A stretch of 64,000 bases of DNA from Patescibacteria group bacterium (GCA_044238605.1 JBIICY010000008.1:6507-70506); one strand, 5' to 3'; numbered from the stretch's first letter, positions 1 to 9,903 are shown. Numbers and translations are program-made. Notes: generated from the letters alone by a model not told the origin.

Positions 1-192
1 CGTGATCATGAGCGGCAGCTTGAGCGTTCTGCCCAGAAACTGCGTCTGCGTAGAGATCTCTGCAAGATCGATCTCGGGAAGTGCGTTGTAGACGAACTCC
101 CAGTCATCAAAGGACGTCCCTTTGCGACGAAACCGTACGTCTTCCTGCAGCGCTATGCGCACATGATCTTCTTTGCGAGAATGAACAGACAT
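1..192 (-). CDS. fni: Type 2 (FMN-dependent) isopentenyl-diphosphate delta-isomerase, N-terminal part, runs off the window edge
   Basis: Manual translation from ATG 192: MSVHSRKEDHVRIALQEDVRFRRKGTSFDDWEFVYNALPEIDLAEISTQTQFLGRTLKLPLMIT. RKxxH and ALPE motifs are typical of IDI-2. Not in the ORF track. Confidence 0.9.
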   Translation of the reverse strand, partial: MSVHSRKEDHVRIALQEDVRFRRKGTSFDDWEFVYNALPEIDLAEISTQTQFLGRTLKLPLMIT

Positions 193-203
193 GCAAACCT
201 TGG

Positions 204-1226
204 TTATCGTCGAACAACAAACCGCTCGCCAGCTAACTGCGTCACGAACCCTAAAAGTTCAAACTCCAGCAGCTTACTACGTGCACTGGCTACATCACAT
301 GCAAACATCGCGCAAAACTCATCAAGGTAATGAGGCGCCCCATCATCGATAGACTGCAGCTCTACCGGCAGTCGCGCTATAGGCAACAGACCTGCCTGCG
401 GCACAACCGTAACCGACGAACTCGAGAGCAGCATTTCTGCCTTGCCTGAAGCGCACAGTGCATTGCAGCCCTCGCTTCTAGCCGACGTGATAGGACCAGG
501 CACGGCATAGAGCGGTTTACCCTGCTGCAGAGCAAACTCTGCCGTGATAAGTGCTCCGCCCCTTGACTTACTCTCAATAACAACCACAGCATCAGAGAGT
601 GCCGCGATGATCCTGTTTCGAGCGGGAAAGGCAGGGGGCAGGGCAGCAACCCCACACGGATGCTCAGAGACCACTGCTCCGTGTCCACTCGAAATGCGTC
701 GCGCCAAATCGCTTGCTGTTTTCGGCGTAATGCGATCGATACCACTGGCAATCACTGCAATGGTGGGCGTATTGTTCTGGATGGCAGCCTCGTGTGCGAT
801 CGTATCGACGCCGTTAGCTAAACCGCTCACGATAACCGTCCCGCTGCGTGCCCAGTCTGCCACGAGCATTCTTGTTACCGGCAACCCATACTGATGCGTA
901 CACTGACGTGTGCCCACAACCCCTACGCTGTGCATTGCAGCATCGGGCAACGTGCCTGCAACAAACAAGACCGACGGCGGATTTGCTATCTGCCGAAGAC
1001 GCGACGGATATGCAGCGTCAACGATCGTAACGATCGTTACATCATGCTTGGAGCACCGCTCGCGCTGCTCATCACACAGGCGCTCTAGATCGGAGGGCAT
1101 TGCCCCCAGCATAGCGAGCGCATCCTGCAGCACATCGCATGCATGCGCAAGCCGAATGATTTCATCGTTGGTAACCCCGCCCAGAAGACGCAGCGCAAGA
1201 ACATCATCAGAAGTCAACATCAGCAT
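204..1226 (-). CDS. dprA: DNA-processing protein DprA (Smf)
   Basis: YPSRLRQIANPP, VVGTR, IVSGLANGVD, FPARNRIIAALS, GGALITA motifs; C-terminal winged-helix-like segment. Confidence 0.95.
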   Translation of the reverse strand: MLMLTSDDVLALRLLGGVTNDEIIRLAHACDVLQDALAMLGAMPSDLERLCDEQRERCSKHDVTIVTIVDAAYPSRLRQIANPPSVLFVAGTLPDAAMHSVGVVGTRQCTHQYGLPVTRMLVADWARSGTVIVSGLANGVDTIAHEAAIQNNTPTIAVIASGIDRITPKTASDLARRISSGHGAVVSEHPCGVAALPPAFPARNRIIAALSDAVVVIESKSRGGALITAEFALQQGKPLYAVPGPITSARSEGCNALCASGKAEMLLSSSSVTVVPQAGLLPIARLPVELQSIDDGAPHYLDEFCAMFACDVASARSKLLEFELLGFVTQLAGERFVVRR

Positions 1227-1344
1227 TCCCTTTTATGTCATAGTGCCTCGAAAGGCAGGGAATGTGAAGAGGGACGGGAAGCACCTTCTCACCTTCTTCT
1301 CTGCGGGCCCCTTGCTCGAAGTGCTTCGATAACAACCCAAAGCC

Positions 1345-1352
1345 TATCTTTG
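1345..1352 (+). promoter_or_regulatory. Bacteroidota-type -7 promoter element (TATCTTTG)
   Basis: Exact match to TAnnTTTG, 35 nt upstream of the ATG at 1388. Confidence 0.6.
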
Positions 1353-1387
1353 CCGCGAAGCAACGCTCCAACAAAAATCGGTTAATC

Positions 1388-2059
1388 ATGAAGTCCCTCG
1401 TTCTGTTCTTCGCTACAGCTCTATTTCTTGCATCCTGCTCCGACCCAGTTGAGCCAACACCTACTGCGCCTATTGTGCCTGGTGTTGGGTCAACATTCTC
1501 GTATGCAACGTACAATACGAACGAGCGTGGAGAGAAGATCACTGGCACTGATGGCCAGTTTGTAACGACTGTTGTTGCGAATAATTCCACAGTTAGTGGC
1601 AACAGTGGGGTGTGGTCAATCGCTGGACCTAACACCGATACGATGTGCTTCAACATTGATACGTACAAAGACCTTGGCTTTCGTACGAACACAGTTGGCG
1701 AGACGTATTTCGATACAACCTGGGTGCGGTTGGCAATTGAGACCGGCGTTGAAGGAACAGTATCTACGAGCGAAAGTTTGAATGGGGTTCGAACGGTAAA
1801 GTCTGTCACGTGTCAGCCAGGTGGCTTACTCTCGTTTACGATTGCTGGCAAGACGATAGTTACACACTCGTTCAAGATCACGTACTCGATCGTACAAACC
1901 ACAAACAATGTAGAGACCTCTAACGTGTCTCGCGCCGTTGCTGTATGGTATGCTCCATCGCTCGGTACGTTCGTCAGGCGTACAACGCTCCCACAAACAT
2001 GGCTTGGGAAGCAGATCAGTGGTCAGGTCGAAGAACTAACTGGATTTACGCTGAAGTAG
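1388..2059 (+). CDS. Hypothetical beta-rich lipoprotein
   Basis: Signal peptide with lipobox LASC; Thr/Val-rich beta-strand composition. Confidence 0.8.
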   Translation: MKSLVLFFATALFLASCSDPVEPTPTAPIVPGVGSTFSYATYNTNERGEKITGTDGQFVTTVVANNSTVSGNSGVWSIAGPNTDTMCFNIDTYKDLGFRTNTVGETYFDTTWVRLAIETGVEGTVSTSESLNGVRTVKSVTCQPGGLLSFTIAGKTIVTHSFKITYSIVQTTNNVETSNVSRAVAVWYAPSLGTFVRRTTLPQTWLGKQISGQVEELTGFTLK

Positions 2060-2298
2060 GATTGTTCCTCGATTTATTCTTCGGCTTCGCGAAGTGAGGC
2101 AACGTTCGGCTGTTCCTGGACTCTCGTGAGGAATGCCGCCTGGCCATCAGTGCCGGCGTAGTATCGGTACTGCCTGCATCCACAACTCTGGTCTGGGCTC
2201 TTTTGATGCGCGTAAACAGCAGGATGCTGGAGGTTACAAGCAACAGCTATGAGATAACGCTTACGACGAGTACGGCTTCGATCCTCTGATGTATCCTC

Positions 2299-5292
2299 TT
2301 AACTCATGAGCTTGTTTATCGCGCGCTGCAGCGCTGGACGCAGGTCTTCTGGGAAGGGGCTGATGAGCCGCGTTAGATGCTTCCGCAGGTCTTCTGCGAA
2401 CTGACGCAGCTTCGGCAGTATCTCGCTGATCAAGATGGCATCTGTGGGAAGCTCAATGTGCACCTTGCCGAGTCCTGCAAGCAGGGCTATGCATTCGGCT
2501 TCTTCCTGTGATTCACAGTCGAGCACAACGTCCGGACGTGCCCCTTTCCATGTTCGTACTCTCCACCCAAACATTGTTCCGTCCACTTCGGCACGCGTGA
2601 TGCCAGATTCGAGCACAACTTCCCGACGGTTTGCTGCAGGCAGCTGGTTGATGTAGGGGACGTACCAGGTCTTCAGTGGACGCAGCTTGTGGTCGCGCTC
2701 GAGTTCGTGGAGTAGGGTGTTTGTGAGGTGACGCACGTTCGATGGACGTGACCACCATGCGTAGGCAAAACGGTAGATCCAGCGTTGCTCTTCGTCAGTG
2801 AGGCCAAAGACATCCTGCATAAGAAGGACGTCTAGTTTTCGGCGGTCACGGCGGACAGTTTCCGGACGAATTGTATCGGAAGAACTTGCGCCAAACTCGT
2901 CCGCTAAGGTTGCAATTGCACGTCGCGTTAGCTGCTGTAGCGATGGGTCTGCAATTACCGAGAGAACAGCATCATCCGGGATTGGAAACTCCTGCGTATC
3001 GCGCACGGTGATATCAGCCACGTTGTCGGTAAGCCGCATAAGCTGACTAAAGAACAACCCTAGTGTGGAGTTCATCCATAAGGCCACGGCATCGCGCTGT
3101 GTGATGTTTGCAAGCGTAACGCCAATGAATGCATCCGTTGCATAGGCATCTATGGAGTTAACGTGCACAATCCACCGTCGGTGCTGCTGCTTCGGGATGA
3201 TAAGGTGTGCGATCGACGGAGTAGGCACATGCCACCATACGCTGCGATTACGTATGCTTGGGCGCAGGTGAACACCGTCGCGCTCGGCACGCTCAATGCG
3301 TGTGAGTACGTTGGTACCCTGCATGGCATTGCGGTCTTCGGGCAGCAGCAGCAGACGTCTGTCTGATCGTGGAATGCCCATGATCGACTCTATATCATCA
3401 GCCGATGTAAGGATCGTTGCGTCTACCGTTGTTCCATTCCCGCGAGTGCGCTGCCAATACTCTGACTCAAGATTATCTGTAGCGATATCGTGCGTATCAG
3501 GTGCAAAGATCTCGTTCGCGCCTGTGCGCAAGCCCCCTCCTACATCTGCAATCGATGATAGGGGGCGCATGCGGTGCAGTGTTTTTCGGAGTACAGAAGA
3601 GAGCACATCAGGCGGAATCAGGTAATCTTCCCATGACCCGGCATCGGTGAGGTTGGACTGCGGAATCATCCGCACAACTGCTTCGTCGTTTACCTTGCCT
3701 CTGTCCGATGCATCTAGATAAGCAATGAAGGCATCGAGAGATTTCAGTCGCGCCTGCTCAAGGTCGCGTGATGCTTTCGATGAAGGGAAGAAAGCGGCAA
3801 TCGGTCTGCGCAGATATACAAAGCGTGCCAAGTGACGGTGATGCTCTACTTCGGTCTTGCGGGCTACGATGCAGCATACTCCTGCATCCGGCTCGGCAAG
3901 GGCCTCTACGTCGCTCATGATTACCCACTCGATAGCATATCCAGCAGCTAAGGCCTGACGCATGGCGGTGTAGCGATCATCGTGCAGAGATGAAAGGGGC
4001 AGAAACAGTACCACGCATCCGTCAGCCGCAATGGGCATGCGTTCCAGCAACAGCCGCAGACGATGCCGTTCTGTAACGTCTGCACTGGTAGCTACAACAA
4101 GATCCCATTGTCTGCGTGCTGCACGAGTTTCTCGCAGAATCTGTACGTCTGCCGCAACGTCGAGTTTCCCTGATGCCCGCAGCACGATAGCACGCTCGTC
4201 TTCGCTGTTACGCGCATACACGCGGGCTTCGCACGGTGTGCTCTGCGCCATCAGCATCTGCCGAACACTTGCCAAACCCTGGGTCTGACCGATCTCGAGC
4301 ATGGAGATACGCTCGGGCGCATGATCGCGCACGTGTACTACCGCACGTAGGGCAAGGTCGAGCGCATCGATCGTTGGAACCGATGTACGAGAAATACGCG
4401 CACATCTCTGCAGGATTGCATCAACGGCGCGGTGGAGTTCGTGATCTGTTAAGCGCTCTGGATCGAACCGGTGCAGGAAGTGGATCAGATCCGCAAGCGT
4501 CATCCGAAAAACTTCCTGCCTGTCTGGCAGCACGCGGACGTTTGCTACGCTGTGTGGAAGCATAGCGTAGCCTTTGCGCCGGGCTTGACGGAAGTACGCA
4601 CCCACAAGGTCCAGCATAAGGTCCGAGCTGCGCGTCCCATAGGGTATTGCCAGTCTGTCAAACGCATCACGATTTCGCACGTGCATCAGCACATAGGCCA
4701 GAATGCTCGTGCCCAATCGTAGTGTGTATTCGCGTTGTTCGGCTGTAGGTTCTGTGCACGATGTAAGGTCATCAAACATCGACAGCACACGTTCCGAGAA
4801 AAATGCAGAGGCATCGCGCACTTGCTGTTGCTGGGGTATGGAGGACTCGATCGTAAGCCAGTTTACAGCATGTGATAGGGCGGCAACGAGCGACAGCTGC
4901 ACGCCAGATGCCTTGGTGTCTTCAGCGGTGCGCACATCCGCCCCCTGCTGCCAGCCAACGACTTGTTCTTCGTCGGGCAGCCGCTTGGTAACAGCATCTG
5001 TGCGGTAGGTAACAACCCTACGAATATTCGTGAGGATGAAGTAGGGGCTCTGCACACGCGAGGCAACAGAGCGCAGTTTGTCCCGCGGAACATCGTCGAA
5101 CGGACTCTCCGTGGGCTGAATGGCATCAACAACTGCCAGCACCGTTCCATCTGCATGCTTGAGCATGAGAAAGGCGCCTTCGACACTCGTGAACTCTTCG
5201 ATGGTAAGACGCTTAGATGCATCAGCTGTAAGCTGCTGCAGACACGATGTAAGCGTAGAACGCAGGATGTGGGATGTTTGGGCAGGCGACAT
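2299..5292 (-). CDS. Type IIG (Eco57I-like) restriction-modification-like protein with degenerate catalytic motifs
   Basis: Domain order is nuclease-like N-terminus (PYFILTNIRRVVTY), N6-MTase fold, then TaqI-C-like recognition domain (PLSSIADVGGGLRTGANEIF, WMNSTL). Motif I position reads LEIGQTQG and motif IV position reads WDLVVATSAD. Confidence 0.75.
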   Translation of the reverse strand: MSPAQTSHILRSTLTSCLQQLTADASKRLTIEEFTSVEGAFLMLKHADGTVLAVVDAIQPTESPFDDVPRDKLRSVASRVQSPYFILTNIRRVVTYRTDAVTKRLPDEEQVVGWQQGADVRTAEDTKASGVQLSLVAALSHAVNWLTIESSIPQQQQVRDASAFFSERVLSMFDDLTSCTEPTAEQREYTLRLGTSILAYVLMHVRNRDAFDRLAIPYGTRSSDLMLDLVGAYFRQARRKGYAMLPHSVANVRVLPDRQEVFRMTLADLIHFLHRFDPERLTDHELHRAVDAILQRCARISRTSVPTIDALDLALRAVVHVRDHAPERISMLEIGQTQGLASVRQMLMAQSTPCEARVYARNSEDERAIVLRASGKLDVAADVQILRETRAARRQWDLVVATSADVTERHRLRLLLERMPIAADGCVVLFLPLSSLHDDRYTAMRQALAAGYAIEWVIMSDVEALAEPDAGVCCIVARKTEVEHHRHLARFVYLRRPIAAFFPSSKASRDLEQARLKSLDAFIAYLDASDRGKVNDEAVVRMIPQSNLTDAGSWEDYLIPPDVLSSVLRKTLHRMRPLSSIADVGGGLRTGANEIFAPDTHDIATDNLESEYWQRTRGNGTTVDATILTSADDIESIMGIPRSDRRLLLLPEDRNAMQGTNVLTRIERAERDGVHLRPSIRNRSVWWHVPTPSIAHLIIPKQQHRRWIVHVNSIDAYATDAFIGVTLANITQRDAVALWMNSTLGLFFSQLMRLTDNVADITVRDTQEFPIPDDAVLSVIADPSLQQLTRRAIATLADEFGASSSDTIRPETVRRDRRKLDVLLMQDVFGLTDEEQRWIYRFAYAWWSRPSNVRHLTNTLLHELERDHKLRPLKTWYVPYINQLPAANRREVVLESGITRAEVDGTMFGWRVRTWKGARPDVVLDCESQEEAECIALLAGLGKVHIELPTDAILISEILPKLRQFAEDLRKHLTRLISPFPEDLRPALQRAINKLMS

Positions 5293-5293
5293 T

Positions 5294-6643
5294 CTATCTG
5301 CGGACTAACGATGTTACACGTGTGATCAGTTCCTGTGCTTCGTCTTGCGTTGGAGCTTCAGCAATCACGCGAGCTATAGGCTCAGTATTCGATGCACGCA
5401 CCTGCACCCATCGATCGGCCATGCCAATAAACACTCCGTCGAGGGTGGAGATCTCGGCGTCTGGAAATGCCAACATAATGTCGGTAAATGAAGCTGCTAA
5501 TGCCTCGCGGCTCTCAAGCTCAAACTTGGTCTTGATCATTGCATACGATGGCAGCTCTGCGCATGCCTGGGACATAGTTAGGCTATGGGAGCGGAGATAC
5601 GACGAGATAACGCCAAGACCCACTAGACTGTCGCGTCCAGAATGACATGCCGGATAGATCACGCCGCCAGAGCCCTCACCGCCGATAACGGCGCCCACTG
5701 ATTGCATCTTGCGTACAACGTTGATCTCACCTACGGGAGCGCGATGGCAGGTAACACCGTACGAGGCTGCTACGTCGTCCACAACGCGTGTGGTAGAAAA
5801 GTTTACGACTACATCACCCCGTTCACCGCTGTCGAGAACTGCTTTTGTAGCCAGAGCTATCGTGCGTTCTTCGCCAACCGGCATGCCGTGTTCATCAAAT
5901 AAGACGAGTCGGTCTCCATCTGGATCTATGGCCACACCGAACGCAGCATTGTGCTGACGTACAGCTTCTCCAAGCTGCGTCAGGTTCTCGGTAAGGGGCT
6001 CGGGTGTATGGGGGAATATTCCGGATCCATCGCAGAAGAGCCGAACAACCTCGTAGCCCATTCGCTCAAGCAGCATAGGTGCGCTTACAGAGGCAGAGCA
6101 GTTAACGGCATCTACCACTACGCGCTGTGCATCAGAGCGTGGGGCAGAGCGCACAGCCGGGATGTCGCAGACGCGGTCTACATGAAACATGTCGGCATCG
6201 TGCCGAAACACAACATGCCCATGCTGCTGGTTTGGAGATAACGAATCTGGCGCAGGAGTATCAGCTGCAGCCCACAGCCGTGCGTTTGCTTCTGCATCCA
6301 GGAAGACGCCGCCGGCGTCGAGAAACTTCAGTCCGTTCCATGGCGCAGGATTATGCGATGCAGTAATCGCAATGCCGCCTAAGGCATCTGTGTGTTCGGT
6401 GATAAGCTGTACGGTGGGTGTTGTGGCAACGTTGAGCACCACAACTGGACGTCCGCATGCGCGCAGCGTACCAACAACGATGTCCTGCATCCACGCCCCG
6501 CTCGGACGTCCGTCTCTGCCAACTACGATAGCCCCCTGAGGGAGAATCGCGTGAAATGCCCACGCATACTGGGCCACAAGCGTTGGCGTTAGGTCGTTGC
6601 CGAGTGTTGCGCGAAGTCCGGAGATGGATCGAATACAGGCCAT
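5294..6643 (-). CDS. glmM: Phosphoglucosamine mutase
   Basis: SISGLRA N-terminus, TASHNP phosphoserine motif, DPDGDR metal loop, GGEGSGG; start moved to ATG 6643. Confidence 0.9.
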   Translation of the reverse strand: MACIRSISGLRATLGNDLTPTLVAQYAWAFHAILPQGAIVVGRDGRPSGAWMQDIVVGTLRACGRPVVVLNVATTPTVQLITEHTDALGGIAITASHNPAPWNGLKFLDAGGVFLDAEANARLWAAADTPAPDSLSPNQQHGHVVFRHDADMFHVDRVCDIPAVRSAPRSDAQRVVVDAVNCSASVSAPMLLERMGYEVVRLFCDGSGIFPHTPEPLTENLTQLGEAVRQHNAAFGVAIDPDGDRLVLFDEHGMPVGEERTIALATKAVLDSGERGDVVVNFSTTRVVDDVAASYGVTCHRAPVGEINVVRKMQSVGAVIGGEGSGGVIYPACHSGRDSLVGLGVISSYLRSHSLTMSQACAELPSYAMIKTKFELESREALAASFTDIMLAFPDAEISTLDGVFIGMADRWVQVRASNTEPIARVIAEAPTQDEAQELITRVTSLVRR

Positions 6644-6648
6644 AATGC

Positions 6649-8049
6649 TCAGTGTTGTGGTGCTGTGCCGCAGAGTGCTTCGATATCTGCAGCAGTACGT
6701 GCAAGAGTTGCAGAGAGGTTTACAGGACCTTCTGCAGTGATGAGAATATCGTCCTCGATGCGCACCCCGATGTTCCACCATCGTTTGTCGCATGCCGAGC
6801 CGGCTGGAATATAAATGCCAGGCTCAACAGTAATAACAGAGTTTACCTGAAGGGGTCCGCCCGTACCAGGATCATGCACATCGAGTCCCAGATAATGGGA
6901 TGTACCGTGCATGAAGTACTGCTTTACATCAGCAAGATCCTTGATGACGCCCAGCTTGAGCAGTCCGTCGGCGATTACGGTTGTAGCTGCTGCGTGCGGC
7001 GCGCGAAAGGGTGCTCCGGCAACGGACGCGGCAATGCCGGCATCCTGCGCTGCCAGAACGAGATCGTAGATCTGACGCTGTTCATTAGTGAACTTGCCCG
7101 AGAGCGGAAACGTGCGTGTGATGTCTGCCGTATACCCGTGATACTCCGCACCGCAGTCTGCCAGCACGAGGTCGTTCATCGTTGTTGCGCGTCTGTTAGC
7201 TGTGTAGTGCAGAATGCATGCATTGTAGTTGGACCCAACGATCGATGGATATCCTACGTCTTCCGCTCCTCCGCGTTTGAAGCCATACTCCATAAGAGCT
7301 TCGAGCTCGTATTCCTTCATGCCCGGGCGGGCGCCGCGCATGGTTGTGCGGTGACCCTCCATAGAGATCTCGATGGCTTTGCGGAGCAGACGTAGCTCTG
7401 AGGTGTCTTTTACTTCCCGCATCGCGCGCAGAATAGACATCGGCGTCTTGAGGATGATGGATGCGTTGCGTTCCTTGACCCATTTCTTGAGCTCTGCATC
7501 GGCATAGAGGTTCTTGCCGGCAAGGGGCACCTGGAGCGACTTTGTTGGAAGCGTTGAGTAGTGCAGGGTGTCGAGGCGCTGCAACAGTGAGTCGAGAACT
7601 ACTTTTAAATCTGTTGCAACCACCGCCGTGTCTACGCCCAGATACTGCATTGCTTCAGTAGGACCCATACTCACGCCCTGCCATACTTCGCGGTCCTGAT
7701 TGCGCTTTGGAATGAACAGCACTTCCGTGTACGTGCGATCTCCCAACTGAATGCCACCGGGTGCGAGCAGGAGTGTTGTACCGGGAGTCTGACATCCAGT
7801 AAGATAGAGCATGTCTGAACTTTGACGGTACTCGTAGTCTACATCGTTTTGTCTGTTGCGCACATCGGCAGAAAACACGATGGCCGCAGACCGCTGCGTA
7901 AGCGATGCTGCCACTCGCGCCCTGCGTTCTTTGTAGACGTGCGGCAACGGTAGGTCTGTGTCAAACACCTCGAAAGGAAATGTCTGTGCCGGGGCATGCA
8001 AGCCCCCTACAACTGCTGCGAGCAAGGCAGCGACAAGTATGCGTGTCAT
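6649..8049 (-). CDS. pepP: Xaa-Pro aminopeptidase (aminopeptidase P, M24B) with signal peptide
   Basis: YEYRQSSD AMP_N domain, LHY, DCGAE..ADITRT, HGTSHYLGLDVHD, TVEPGIY, RIEDD; start ATG 8049. Confidence 0.9.
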   Translation of the reverse strand: MTRILVAALLAAVVGGLHAPAQTFPFEVFDTDLPLPHVYKERRARVAASLTQRSAAIVFSADVRNRQNDVDYEYRQSSDMLYLTGCQTPGTTLLLAPGGIQLGDRTYTEVLFIPKRNQDREVWQGVSMGPTEAMQYLGVDTAVVATDLKVVLDSLLQRLDTLHYSTLPTKSLQVPLAGKNLYADAELKKWVKERNASIILKTPMSILRAMREVKDTSELRLLRKAIEISMEGHRTTMRGARPGMKEYELEALMEYGFKRGGAEDVGYPSIVGSNYNACILHYTANRRATTMNDLVLADCGAEYHGYTADITRTFPLSGKFTNEQRQIYDLVLAAQDAGIAASVAGAPFRAPHAAATTVIADGLLKLGVIKDLADVKQYFMHGTSHYLGLDVHDPGTGGPLQVNSVITVEPGIYIPAGSACDKRWWNIGVRIEDDILITAEGPVNLSATLARTAADIEALCGTAPQH

Positions 8050-8080
8050 GGGGCGCAAATTAGGCACGAAGTCCCCCAAG

Positions 8081-8812
8081 TCACACCGCCACACACAGTG
8101 TTGCTGCGTCTACTCTTCGGGCTCCAGCTTCGATAAGAGCAGTTGCACAGGCATTGAGTGTAGAGCCGGTTGTGAGTACATCGTCGATAAGCAGGATGTG
8201 GGTGTTCAGAATGCTATCGGGATTCGGCACTGTGAAGATCCCGCTTACGTTCGAACGGCGGTCTGCGTCGGACTTTGTGGTTTGAGATTCCGTGTATCGG
8301 TTGCGGACGATGCTGTCAGAGTTGAGCATCGGTAGCCCACTTCGCTCGCAGAAGCCCTTAGCAATAAGCTCGGTCTGATTGTAACCCCGCTCTCTTCGCC
8401 GGGCAGGGTGGATGGGCACGGGGCAGACCAGGGTTTCTGGGTCTAGCGCAGACTGCATGCAATGTTCAGCGAGAATACGTCCAAGCGCAACGGCAAGGTG
8501 CGTGCGACCGCCGTATTTGATGGCGTAGATCGCATTGTCGATGGTAGACGTCTGCGACAGCGCCCAAAGTGCAGAGAATTGGGAGATCATCAGATCGTCC
8601 GCCTGGACGTGACGCTGGATGAGCAGCTCGATATCAATAGGACGCGGAGCCGGCTGATGAAACAGCAGTGCCGTGTCCGTTACACCAGGTGCATAGGTAG
8701 GGGCGGTAGAAAGACGCTCGCCCGTAAGCAGACAATGCTCGGGGTAGAGTGTGGAAGCCAGAGCACGGCAAGTATTACGTGCATGCTGGACCACCATGTC
8801 CAGAATGCACAT
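8081..8812 (-). CDS. comF: ComF family protein (PRTase fold)
   Basis: PVPIHPARRRERGYNQ and LLIDDVLTTGSTL motifs; true start may be a few codons downstream. Confidence 0.9.
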   Translation of the reverse strand: MCILDMVVQHARNTCRALASTLYPEHCLLTGERLSTAPTYAPGVTDTALLFHQPAPRPIDIELLIQRHVQADDLMISQFSALWALSQTSTIDNAIYAIKYGGRTHLAVALGRILAEHCMQSALDPETLVCPVPIHPARRRERGYNQTELIAKGFCERSGLPMLNSDSIVRNRYTESQTTKSDADRRSNVSGIFTVPNPDSILNTHILLIDDVLTTGSTLNACATALIEAGARRVDAATLCVAV

Positions 8813-8821
8813 GGAGTTACC

Positions 8822-9886
8822 TTACGGTGTAAGAACAAACTGTAGGCGCTCTTCGATCTCGCGTGGCAGTACTGGCTTAAGCTTATCTGGCAGGAGATAC
8901 GAAGACAGTGCTGGGATATCATTGAAGATGCGCTGACGCATCGCGGTCTGCATGAGGTATTCGTGACCGCTAGATCCGCCTGTACCTACACGCATGCCGA
9001 TCATCCTGCTTACCATCATTGTGTGACGGTACCGCCATAGAGCCACCAGTCTGTCGAGTTCTACGATAGCTTCGAGAAATCGGAATGGGGCTTGCAGCAA
9101 CGGACGATCCTGATACGCCGTAATGAATAGTACCGCCAGCGAGGCATTAAGTGACATTCTGCGTTTGCCCTCGGCTACGAGCTGATCGTATGATTCCTTG
9201 TTGAGCAAAGCCATAAGGCTTTCTTCATTGCGGTCTATCTGCGCTAGTGCCTCTGTTGGATCGGTGTTCTCTGCTTCACTGAGGATACGAACTTCTTTGC
9301 GGTCGTTGTCCAGCATCTCGCGTGCGGACTTGGTAAACGACGATAGAATTCCGAAGTCTCCCATCTGCAGAAATGGGATACGGGCAAGCCAGTTTTCGAT
9401 CACAGAAAAGAGTGTTGATCCAGCCGTCGCGGTTTCAAGCTCCTGCCGGTGTTCTGGAGTAAGAGCTTCTGTGTAGTGCTTTAGTACTCGCTGGTCTTCC
9501 TGCAGGCCAAGTTTACGTTCCAGGATGCGCCATTGCAGAGATTGAAATCCACTCGCTGGATTCAGATACGCTCGGAAGTTCATGAACTGCATCGGCGTCA
9601 TCGTTTCCATGATGGAAAACTGATTGCACAAAAGGTCCATGATCTTGTTTACTCGCTCAATGCGAGTTGCACACAGATGAATTGCTGATTCTGCAACAAC
9701 TGGTTTATCCAGTAGGTCAATTACCGAGTTTACTTCGAACAGCACTTGCTTGAACCACAGCTCAAAGGCCTGGTGCGTGATGATGAAGAGCATTTCCTCA
9801 TGAGCGTGGTCGTTTGCCTTATCGCTCTCCAGTTCCTGTGCATTCAGGATCTTGTCCAGTCCGAGGTAATCTGCGTAGTATACCAT
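8822..9886 (-). CDS. kynA: Tryptophan 2,3-dioxygenase
   Basis: YADYLGLD, HEEMLFIITHQAFELWFKQ, PASGFQSLQ, WRYRH..RMIG..GTGGSSG motifs. Confidence 0.95.
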   Translation of the reverse strand: MVYYADYLGLDKILNAQELESDKANDHAHEEMLFIITHQAFELWFKQVLFEVNSVIDLLDKPVVAESAIHLCATRIERVNKIMDLLCNQFSIMETMTPMQFMNFRAYLNPASGFQSLQWRILERKLGLQEDQRVLKHYTEALTPEHRQELETATAGSTLFSVIENWLARIPFLQMGDFGILSSFTKSAREMLDNDRKEVRILSEAENTDPTEALAQIDRNEESLMALLNKESYDQLVAEGKRRMSLNASLAVLFITAYQDRPLLQAPFRFLEAIVELDRLVALWRYRHTMMVSRMIGMRVGTGGSSGHEYLMQTAMRQRIFNDIPALSSYLLPDKLKPVLPREIEERLQFVLTP

Positions 9887-9903
9887 GATGTCAGCTTGTG
9901 CGT

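Noticed and set aside
2060-2298. tRNA or tmRNA in the gap (GGCTTCGATCC resembles a T-loop)
   Set aside because: No cloverleaf, acceptor stem, CCA end or tag reading frame could be built.
6652-7395. Long antisense ORFs (6652..7395, 1207..1809, 14680..15330, 52956..53642 and others)
   Set aside because: They lie opposite well-supported genes, are expected shadows of codon bias and show no recognisable motifs.
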